Below are positions 1 to 8,424 of a stretch of 43,614 nucleotides of DNA, piece after piece. The notes beneath the pieces were generated by a model. That model saw only the letters and a list, made by a program, of their open reading frames with translations, ran no database searches and was not told the DNA's origin. How positions within the stretch are numbered: the stretch's first letter is position 1; each line of letters starts with the position of its first letter. The position numbers were made by a program, and so were the translations under genes. Origin of the DNA: Chrysochromulina tobinii (lineage: Eukaryota); the NCBI GenBank assembly GCA_001275005.1, contig JWZX01003324.1, positions 1 to 43,614 on the forward strand, given 5' to 3'.

Positions 1-203
1 CTTGGGCCCCATCCGCGATCACCACGGCTTATGGATTTCAAACGACGGTTTTTCGTCCATTTTCGCTCACTTTACCGCTCAGGCGGCCATACAAGATTAC
101 AAGTGTGCCATGAGCCATGCGGGCCCTCCTCGTGCAGCTCCCGGCTCCGGGCGCGGCGCCTGTCCTCGCATGATTATCTTGGTCCACCCGAGGCTCCCAC
201 GTG

Positions 204-893
204 TCAGACGGACATCGCCGCGTTAGCGAGCGCTTCGAGCGCTCGCTCATCGTAAACGTCTCTCGCCGTGCGCTCGTCGGCTCCGCTTTCCCAAAAGGAC
301 TTGATTGCCTCCTCAACGCCAAGGGAGGTCATGTACTGAGCGTGGTCCGGGTTAGCCAGCGCGATTCGCCAAATCGCGTACGGCCCCCACAGCCGCATCT
401 TCGCATCGTCCGTGTGCCTCAAGTAGCTCGACATGACCGCGTCCACAATCGCAACGTACACGTCGGCCCTCAGGCGCACGGCAATTTTGACGTCCACCTC
501 GGGATGCTTGATCAAGACATCGCCCACCGTCTTGCACATGCTGCACGCCAACTCAACATCATCGGCTGCGCGCACGCTCAGAGCAATCGCGTCTGAAATT
601 TTGCCAAACGGCGTGCTCACGTCAAACTCGGAGGATGGGACGAAGCTCATCCTCTTGAGCGACCGTCCCATGGATTTCATCCGCGACATCATGGAGGTGC
701 GCTCATTGGCTGCCTTGGCACTCGCGGACGCGACGTTGAAGCCCTGGCTTGCCATGGCCTCGCGATTCATAGTGGGTGCCTTGAAGAGCTTATTCCTCGG
801 CTGGTTCCGCTTTTGATCCATCTTGTCGAGGGCCGCCTTGCCGAACCGATCGAAGGCCGTGGGTCCTTTCTTCGGGCCGTGCACCCTCTCCAT
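204..893 (-). CDS. Hypothetical protein with C-terminal armadillo/HEAT-like helical segment
   Basis: ORF 204..1046; probable start MERVHG at 893 (an upstream ATG is possible). The C-terminal IVDAVMSSYLRHTDDAKMRLWGPYAIWRIALANPDHAQYMTSLGVEEAI resembles an ARM repeat. Confidence 0.5.
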   Translation of the reverse strand: MERVHGPKKGPTAFDRFGKAALDKMDQKRNQPRNKLFKAPTMNREAMASQGFNVASASAKAANERTSMMSRMKSMGRSLKRMSFVPSSEFDVSTPFGKISDAIALSVRAADDVELACSMCKTVGDVLIKHPEVDVKIAVRLRADVYVAIVDAVMSSYLRHTDDAKMRLWGPYAIWRIALANPDHAQYMTSLGVEEAIKSFWESGADERTARDVYDERALEALANAAMSV

Positions 894-1250
894 CGCCTTA
901 CCCGCGTCTTGGTTGACCAACGGCACACCTGCGAAGCCCCACATTTTGCCGCACGTACGTAGCTTCGCGGATTTGGACCGAACGCGTTGACGTGATTGTA
1001 TGAAACGCGTCTCAAACTTGTCTCGAAAAGGCAGCCGTGAATGCACCGGAGGAGCCGGGACCGATGCTCTCTATCCGGGCAAAGTTTCGTCAATTGTTTC
1101 AGTTCGTTTTTCGGAGCGGCCGAGCTCATCAGACGTCGCGGGCCCCTTCGCATTCTGTGCAACCTCGCGATTCATAGTGGGTGCCTTGAAGAGCTTATTC
1201 CTGGGCTAGGTTCCGCTTCTGATCCATCTTGTCGAGGGCCGCCTTGCCGA
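758..1250. repeat. ~88-bp direct repeat (758-844 and 1163-1250)
   Basis: cctcgcgattcatagtgggtgccttgaagagcttattcct...gatccatcttgtcgagggccgccttgccga occurs twice. The copies differ by two substitutions and a 1-bp insertion in the second copy. Confidence 0.95.
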
Positions 1251-2947
1251 TGAACTCATTCGTTTATGTATGGGCTGCAGCCAAAACCACCATCAGCCAG
1301 CATACGACCACGACTACGGGCTCGTTGAGCGGCGTCATAGTCGACGGTGTCGCCACATACCGGGGTGTCCCCTACGCTCGCCCGCCACTTGGAGATCTGC
1401 GCTGGCGTCCACCAGTGCCCGTCACGCCGTGGTCCGGGGTGAGGGCAGCCGACAAGGATGGCCCCGGCTGCCCGCAGGAGTGCCTACTGCCCGCACTCAC
1501 CTGCCCGCCAATCACTTCCGAGGACTGTCTCTACCTCAACGTGTTTGCTCCGGCCAACGCCACGGTTACCAGTTCCGGCAGTGCAGCGGTCCTCCTCTTT
1601 ATTCACGGCGGCAATTTCATCCAGGGGTATGGTGGCGGGCCGCTCTACGACGGCTCGATGCTCGTGCAATCCCACGGCATCGTCGTGGTGTCCATAAACT
1701 ATCGCCTGGGCGCTCTGGGCTGGCTATTCACGGGCGCGCCCCCGTCGGAGGAGCCCACAGACAATTTGGTCGGCAACTACGGCCTGCTCGATCAGCAGCT
1801 CGCGATGCGCTGGGTGCAGGCGAATGCGGCCCGATTCGGCGGTGACCCATCGCGCATCACCCTTTTTGGCCAGTCGGCGGGCGCCCAATCGATCTCGTGC
1901 CACCTGACGATGCCCTCCTCCAAGGGCCTCTTTGCTGGGGCGATCCTTGAGTCCGCGCCGTTGGGCCTCACCTGGCGCACTGCAGAGCAGTCGCCAAAGT
2001 TCACCGGCCTCGTGGCGAAGCTCGGCGGCTGCATCGGCACAACACCTGGCGAGTATGTGCCGTGCTTGCGCGCGATGCCGGTCGACACCCTCTTGAAGGC
2101 ACAAACGGCGGCCGGCAACAACATCCCGATAGAGGCCGGGACCACCCTTTCGCTGTTCGAGCCGTTCGCTCCGACAGTGGCCACGGCGCTTCTGACTCAG
2201 CAGCCGCTGAACGCCTTCCTGGCCGGCCGTGTGCACGATGTGCCGATCTCACTCGGCTCGGTCGAACAGGAAGGCCTCGTCTTTGTGTACGAGGCCTTCC
2301 CCACCCCGGTAACGCCAGTAGAGATGGACTCGCTGCTACGCCTCGTGTGGGGTGCCGACGCGCCGGCCATCCGTGACGCCTACCCGGTGCCGGCCGCGCA
2401 GCAGGCGGCACACGATGCGCGGAATGTCACGAGCCTCGTCGCGACCGATGGGCTCTTCCACTGTGCCATCCGCGCGGCCGGCCTCGCCCTAGCCGATCAG
2501 TACGCCAAGGGCAGCCGGACGCACCCCACGTACGTATACAACTTCGACCACCTCATCTCTTTCGGGGCGTCGTTTTGGCTGCCGACGAACCCGGTCTGCG
2601 TCGAGGCCGTGTGCCACGGCGAGGAGCTGCCGTTCGTCTTCCAACCGGACGTGTCCATCATCAACGTCTCCTTCACCTCCGAGGAGGTTGTACTCTCGGA
2701 TCTCATGCAGACGCACTGGGCCGCCTTTGCCAGCACCGGCCATGCCGCCGCCTCGGTGGCCTCGGTGGTCCGCAAGCTTGCTCCCCAAGCGGTGACACAA
2801 GCGGCGGCGCTCGACTGGCCGCTCTTCGAGCCGGCCAATGAGAGCTACGCTCTCTTCAGAGCGCCTGACTCGCACATCGTGCCGCATCCCTTTCGCGCCA
2901 AGTGCGCCGTCTGGGACTCGATCGGATGGGACTGGATCGTCGACTGA
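1250..2947 (+). CDS. Type-B carboxylesterase/cholinesterase-like alpha/beta hydrolase
   Basis: Motifs GVPYARPPLGDLRW, SEDCLYLNVF, oxyanion HGGNF, NYRLG, nucleophile elbow FGQSAGA, acid EG and CHGEEL catalytic His. First ATG at 1250. Confidence 0.93.
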   Translation: MNSFVYVWAAAKTTISQHTTTTTGSLSGVIVDGVATYRGVPYARPPLGDLRWRPPVPVTPWSGVRAADKDGPGCPQECLLPALTCPPITSEDCLYLNVFAPANATVTSSGSAAVLLFIHGGNFIQGYGGGPLYDGSMLVQSHGIVVVSINYRLGALGWLFTGAPPSEEPTDNLVGNYGLLDQQLAMRWVQANAARFGGDPSRITLFGQSAGAQSISCHLTMPSSKGLFAGAILESAPLGLTWRTAEQSPKFTGLVAKLGGCIGTTPGEYVPCLRAMPVDTLLKAQTAAGNNIPIEAGTTLSLFEPFAPTVATALLTQQPLNAFLAGRVHDVPISLGSVEQEGLVFVYEAFPTPVTPVEMDSLLRLVWGADAPAIRDAYPVPAAQQAAHDARNVTSLVATDGLFHCAIRAAGLALADQYAKGSRTHPTYVYNFDHLISFGASFWLPTNPVCVEAVCHGEELPFVFQPDVSIINVSFTSEEVVLSDLMQTHWAAFASTGHAAASVASVVRKLAPQAVTQAAALDWPLFEPANESYALFRAPDSHIVPHPFRAKCAVWDSIGWDWIVD

Positions 2948-3350
2948 CACAGGGGCGGGGAGGGCGTGGGGCTTTCGACACTGTGCCAAGCCTTGGAGAC
3001 CGGAGGCGGAGGGTCGGAGGCCGGTGACGGAGGGGGTAGAGCGCAGAGGCCTTGTGAGAGTGTGATCTATCTGATCAGTTCGGTCGTACAGGGGCGAGTG
3101 TTACTCGATCTTGTTTTCACATCTTCCATTCATTGTAACATCGAGTCCAGTGTTGTCCGCGTCGCTGACTCGCGCTCTGTACGAGCCCTCCACAGACCCC
3201 GCCGCGCCGGGGTTGTTCAGAGCACAGAGACGAGGTGCTGGGTGGGCTACTGGGCTTGGGTGGGCACCGCGGGCGGGCGGGTAAGCGAACGGGTGTGCGC
3301 TTAGTGTGCGCGAGGGGTTTCGTGAACAAACGTGTTTTGTTTTGCTAATC

Positions 3351-3514
3351 CTGGAAGTCTCTCAAACGGAACTGGTGAAGTCTCACAACCGGAATTGGTG
3401 AAGTCTCACAACCGGAACTAAACAACTAATAGGTTGTAGAAGAAGGTCGGAATCCGGAAACGGGGCAAAGTATTAGAGAGACGAAGCGGTCGTAATGGGG
3501 AGTCTCACAAACGG
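3351..3514. repeat. Tandem 21-23 bp repeat ((c/t)tggtgaagtctcacaaccggaa) x3 plus one dispersed partial copy
   Basis: Units at 3351-3371, 3372-3394 and 3395-3417; partial gagtctcacaaacgg at 3500-3514. Lies in an AT-richer intergenic segment. Confidence 0.85.
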
Positions 3515-3798
3515 TAGGATTAGGAGTTTGAAGACATAAATTGATGAGGCGAACTCAAGACACACAACCGGGCGAACGAAACTCGTCTCGTCTCGCGCAC
3601 CCTGTGGGAAATCGTCGCCCGTTCCCTGGTTCAGTACAGACCTGTACAGTACTGTTGAGAACGAGGTCGAAGCGTGCGCGCGTGCTCAGGTATGCGGCGC
3701 CGCTTGCGACGCCGCCTGCGCATGCCTCGTATCTGTAGCGCAAGCGTGTGGTCACTTTCGCGAGTTTCGAGTCTCGCAGGCTCCGGTGGGCTCCTCTC

Positions 3799-6700
3799 AT
3801 GTCAACGAAATGGCTGTGGCGAGCGAACGAAGCACTCGCCGCGGAGACAGGGGCTGATGGCAGCGACGAGCGTAAACCAATACTCTTGAAAAGCGATTCG
3901 TTTGGTCGAAAGCTGGATAAGGAGAAGGTTGGAATCCGGAAACGGGTCAAAATATTGAGGAGACGACACCGGGTCTTGATATTGGCACGCATCCTTCTGG
4001 CAGTGCCAGGACCCGTCTTCTTGGTGTACTCAGCCATTCAACACTTTGAGGTCACTACCGCGGGGTGGTCTATCACGCAGGTTGAGACTGGGCGAAGTTT
4101 GGCGTTGGCTGTCGGGCTGATTTTAGCTCCGGTGTGGATTCTTTCGCTTCTCATTGCGCAGATCGATAGGAAACCTGCCCAGAAGTTCGCCATAGGCAGC
4201 CGCGTGTGCGTGAAGCGCAGCAACGGAGATAAGAGCTTTGGCTATGTGAAGGAGTACAATGAGAAGACGCGAGTCTACAAGTTGGAGCTCGCTACTGGTA
4301 CGCTCGAGAAATTCGATGAGGCGGCGATCGAAAAGAAACCGGCTCAAAGGTTCGCGAATGCCCAGAAGTTCGCCAAAGGCAGCCGCGTGTGCGTGAAGCG
4401 CAGCAACGGAGATAAGAGCTTTGGCTATGTGAAGGAGTACAATGAGAAGACGCGAGTCTACGAATTGGAGCTCGCTACTGGTACGCTCGATAAATTCGAT
4501 GAGGCGGCGATCGAAAAGAAACCGGCTCAAAGGTTCGCGAATGGCAGCCGCGTGTTGTTCGTGGAGCGTGGCAGCGAAGATAAGAGCTTTGGCTATGTGA
4601 AGGAGTACAATGAGGAGACGCAAGTCTACAAGGTGGAGCTCGATATTCCTACTGGTACGTTCAAGCAGTGTGGAGAAGACTCCATGCGAGATGCAAGTCC
4701 TGTGATCTCTCGGGAGCGTCTCGTGCGTCTCTGGAAATACTTCCTGAGTCTCTGGAAATGGGACCAACGGATCTGGACATGGCCAAAGGCCTTTGAGGCT
4801 GCTTTGTTTTGGGGCTGTGTCTATGGGTACGTAGTGCTCTACCAATCCAATGCTGCACCTAACTATTTGCTCGGCGCACTCATCTTCTGGGTTGTGTTAG
4901 GCCCGCCCGTGATCGCACTGATTTTGTACACGGTCACAAATATTGTGCGATCCATCATCGACTACCAGGACAACCAAAACGCCGAGTACCATACTTTTGT
5001 GAACTTGCAAGCTGCTCGGCTCAGCATCCTGACCATCTTCGGCGCCTTCCTGACCGTCTATGCTCTGTCGGCAATGTCGCGGGTGGTCATTCCATACAAT
5101 CTGGTGGTACCCTTTGTCGAGCTCGCATACAGAGACATCACCTGTACGGACCGGGACGCGTTCTGGACTGCGTTTAACGCTTCGTTCAAGAGCTTCAATG
5201 CTAGCTGCCATGCCCTGCCCAATTGCGGTTACGCTTCGTTCGAGAGCCTGTGCCAGGCCGTGCAGTACGCACCAATGGTGCAAGCTGAGAGCGTCGACAT
5301 TTTCAAAGTTCTCCTCTTCAATTGCGTAGCGTGGGTGCTCGGCTCGCTGCTCGTCTTTGGCACTGGCCGTGCAAGCCTAAAGAACGGCTACGCGCAACTA
5401 CTCTCCAAACACATGCTCGTCGCCATGGTGCTGGGCCTTGGGCAATCGATGAGTGCGTTCTACTCACTCATGCGCCTTTCTCTTCTCGTGCCAAAGCTGG
5501 GGCTGCCGCGCCCGGCTGCCTACTTTGACAAAACGGGGTTGATGTCTCTGGAGCTACCATTGTACTGCTATGGAAACACGTGCACGTACTACGATTTTGG
5601 CGGCACCATCATTGTGCACGTGCTCATCGTCGTTGCGTTCAACTTTGACTTCCTCAAAAAGTATGCGTCGGCCATCGGCGCCGGAGACCAAGCAGCCATC
5701 AAGAAGCTCAAAGAGAAGATGAGGAAGGAGAAGATTTGGAATGAGGAGATACAGAAGTACGAGTGCAAGTGGAGCGACGAGGCTCCTTATTTCTATTTCA
5801 TTCCAGCAACTTTTGTGAAAGAGTGCGATGACAAAAGGTTGCCTCCCATGCAGGTGCTCGACGACGACGAAATCCTGGAAAAGATACAAATCCGTCTCGT
5901 CGACGCGTTCGAACAGGCGGAGAAGGAGGCACGGATGGCGAAGGAGAAGGTGGCGGCCGAGAAGGCGGCGGCCGAGAAGGTGGCGGCCGAGAAGGTGGCG
6001 GCCGAGAAGGTGGCGGTCGAGAAGGCGGTCAAGGGCATTGACATTGGCAAGGGCATCGACGAGTCGACTCAATCGGACGAGAAGGAAGCGGCCGAGAAGG
6101 CGCCGGCCGAGGTGGCGGTGGCCAAGAAGGAAAATCAAGGCATTAACAAGGCATTGACAGGGCGAGGCATCACGTTCAAAATCAAGGACATCCTCGTCGT
6201 GAGCCATCGTTGGGAAGAGAATGGTCGGCCCGATGTCAACGGGGCGCAGCTGCAGGCCATCAAGGAGTATCTGAAGGAACACCCCGAGATCAAATGGGTC
6301 TGGTTCGACTATTCATCGATGCCCCAGAAAATCGGCCGCATCGACACTCGGTCTAAAGAGGAGAGGGCCGAGTTCCAACTGATGCTCGAATGCATCACCA
6401 ACCTCTACCTGACCGCGCAGGTCCTCATTCTCCTCGATGGGTCGTACGCGTCCAGGTTCTGGACGCTGACGGAGGCATGGTGCTCGATGCAGACGGCCAC
6501 AAAAGACGGGCTTCGGAATTCTATTTCCTCAACGGTGGATGCTGACTTTAAGGGCTCGGATGTGCAAGTCGGGTCGAGATGCACTATCAAGTGCATCCAC
6601 AACGCAGCTAAAGGAACGACAAGCAAGGGTCTTGTGGATCTGGTTGCCACACAGACACCTAAGGCAATGCATGGAATCCTCGAGAAGCCGGACGTGAACG

Positions 6701-6906
6701 TCACCAACGCAAAGGACAAAGAGACCATGCTGCCCAAGATCCTGGAGATCGATAAAGATGTCATTCAGGGCTTTAAGAACGGCTTTAAGAAGCTGCAGAG
6801 CAACCAGAACCCTTCTCCACAGCCAAACTCGGGAAAGCCAGCCAAAAAGGCTCAGGTTGCTCCTGCTGACTCCACCGGTGATGTCACTGCCTTCAACGAC
6901 CAGTGA
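3799..6906 (+). CDS. Polytopic membrane protein with 3 Tudor/SH3-like repeats and a C-terminal HET (heterokaryon-incompatibility/TIR-like) domain
   Basis: Intronless ORF, 1035 aa from ATG 3799, with about 8 hydrophobic helices. Three repeats GSRVCVKRSNGDKSFGYVKEYNEKTRVY. HET-type motifs in order: ILVVSHRW, WVWFDYSSMPQ, ITNLYLTAQVLIL, SRFWTLTEAW. Confidence 0.8.
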   Translation: MSTKWLWRANEALAAETGADGSDERKPILLKSDSFGRKLDKEKVGIRKRVKILRRRHRVLILARILLAVPGPVFLVYSAIQHFEVTTAGWSITQVETGRSLALAVGLILAPVWILSLLIAQIDRKPAQKFAIGSRVCVKRSNGDKSFGYVKEYNEKTRVYKLELATGTLEKFDEAAIEKKPAQRFANAQKFAKGSRVCVKRSNGDKSFGYVKEYNEKTRVYELELATGTLDKFDEAAIEKKPAQRFANGSRVLFVERGSEDKSFGYVKEYNEETQVYKVELDIPTGTFKQCGEDSMRDASPVISRERLVRLWKYFLSLWKWDQRIWTWPKAFEAALFWGCVYGYVVLYQSNAAPNYLLGALIFWVVLGPPVIALILYTVTNIVRSIIDYQDNQNAEYHTFVNLQAARLSILTIFGAFLTVYALSAMSRVVIPYNLVVPFVELAYRDITCTDRDAFWTAFNASFKSFNASCHALPNCGYASFESLCQAVQYAPMVQAESVDIFKVLLFNCVAWVLGSLLVFGTGRASLKNGYAQLLSKHMLVAMVLGLGQSMSAFYSLMRLSLLVPKLGLPRPAAYFDKTGLMSLELPLYCYGNTCTYYDFGGTIIVHVLIVVAFNFDFLKKYASAIGAGDQAAIKKLKEKMRKEKIWNEEIQKYECKWSDEAPYFYFIPATFVKECDDKRLPPMQVLDDDEILEKIQIRLVDAFEQAEKEARMAKEKVAAEKAAAEKVAAEKVAAEKVAVEKAVKGIDIGKGIDESTQSDEKEAAEKAPAEVAVAKKENQGINKALTGRGITFKIKDILVVSHRWEENGRPDVNGAQLQAIKEYLKEHPEIKWVWFDYSSMPQKIGRIDTRSKEERAEFQLMLECITNLYLTAQVLILLDGSYASRFWTLTEAWCSMQTATKDGLRNSISSTVDADFKGSDVQVGSRCTIKCIHNAAKGTTSKGLVDLVATQTPKAMHGILEKPDVNVTNAKDKETMLPKILEIDKDVIQGFKNGFKKLQSNQNPSPQPNSGKPAKKAQVAPADSTGDVTAFNDQ
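4177..4680 (+). repeat. Coding tandem repeat, three ~165-183 bp units (Tudor/SH3-like domain)
   Basis: Units 1 and 2 (from 4177 and 4360, period 183 bp) are nearly identical at DNA level; unit 3 (from about 4543) is more diverged. Confidence 0.95.
5944..6030 (+). repeat. 15-bp coding minisatellite (EKVAA/EKAAA)
   Basis: gagaaggtggcggcc-type unit repeated about 5-6 times. Confidence 0.9.
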
Positions 6907-8241
6907 GTCATACGCAGTGTCGATACGCAGTGTAAATGGCTAGTAAATGGCCCCCACACACCGGTCACCGCGAGTACGCGGCGGACCATGCGGGTATGCG
7001 AAGAACATGCGAGACGGTTGACGCATGACGGTTGACGCGTGACGGCCCAGCCCAAATTGCTCTCGTCAACGAGTGGGCGTCCGAAACGGGGGATGCGGGC
7101 GCTCGGCGACGGCCCGTCGAGCAGGACGACAGCAATTTTGGGCCTGGTGACGGCTAAGCGCGGGCTAAGCGCGGGCGGCGGTTACGCGAAATCCGTTTGC
7201 ACCGTCGGTGCTTGGTCTGCGGGCCAGGCGAGAACAGAGTCAGAGAGAGAGAGAGACGGTGGGACGGTACCGGGCCGCGGGCGCGAGGCGGGCAGAGGCC
7301 AGAGCAGGGACTTCGCTAAGGAGTAAGGACTTTATCTTCGGTCGCGTTGTCGTCGGGCGAAATTCCGGAATGGTTAACAGTAAGTCCCACGCCACGCCGT
7401 GCACGGCACGGCTCCGGTGCCCGGAGGCGCGGATGCGGCACGCATGCCCATGCGATGCCCGGCGGCGCCGCGGCGCGCGCCCGCGTGGAGCGCGGCGAAG
7501 GGCGATGCTCGGCATCTTTCACGTCATGACCTGTGTCGTGTGTGCCGCCTCTAGCTCGGCTAGAGACGACGGTTTTAGAGACGACGGAGACAGTCCCGCA
7601 CGCGCCCCCCACGCCCCCACAGCGGGACATCGTACGTATACAGACATACACACACATACCCGACACCGGACACAGGACCCGGAACGCGATACAAAACCGA
7701 CCCCACCGCCGTCCCCGCACTACTGTGTAGCGTGTGCCTTGCTGTACTCCGGATACCCACATGTGCGCCCACAGAGCTACCTGCTACCAGCCCCAAACGT
7801 ACATTGCCTATGCCCACAAGAGCGGGCACAAAGCCGAACAACCGCAAACCCCCTCGCCTGCGCGGGCCGCCGTGGCCATCCTCATCATTCCGCCTCATGC
7901 GAGATCGTACACCATCGTTGATGGCATCATTGTGGGCATCATCATCGTCATCATCCTCTCGCACGCATCATCATCATGCCTGCCATGCAATCCTCGCCTC
8001 CCTATATGTCCCAACTTCCCGACGCGCTCGCCGCACCATGCAAGTAATACTCTCCAACGCACGCCGGCCCGTTTGGTCATTTGGCCATTTGGTCATTTGG
8101 TCGTCTTTCAGTAGGGCTGTGGGACCCCGTCGCACCTGCCGCTGTATTCACAGGCAGATTCGATTAAGAGGGGGCTGGAGGGGGAGGGGGGCTGCGACCG
8201 GTAGGCACGCGGCCGCCGCGCCTTTTCCTCCTGAGTCCTCC

Positions 8242-8390
8242 TTAGTCCTTGATGATCGATAGCCATGGCCGCTCAGCGCTCGTGAGCAGAGGAGTAGACA
8301 CGGGAATGGACACGGGTGCAAAATTAGGGGGCGACGAGGGTGATCGAGCGTTGAGGGTGCGCGTGTCGAGAGCAAGCGTACGCGTCGCCT

Positions 8391-8424
<34 letters not shown>

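Noticed and set aside
3351..3514. CRISPR-like array
   Set aside because: The repeats are directly adjacent with no unique spacers, there are no cas genes, and the context is eukaryotic.
2948..7400. Intact transposon carrying the HET gene
   Set aside because: No transposase or reverse transcriptase ORF, terminal inverted repeats or target-site duplication could be identified by eye; kept only as a low-scoring finding.
7208..8262. ORFs 7208..7921 and 7732..8262 as genes
   Set aside because: Low-complexity translations with atypical composition and no recognisable domains.
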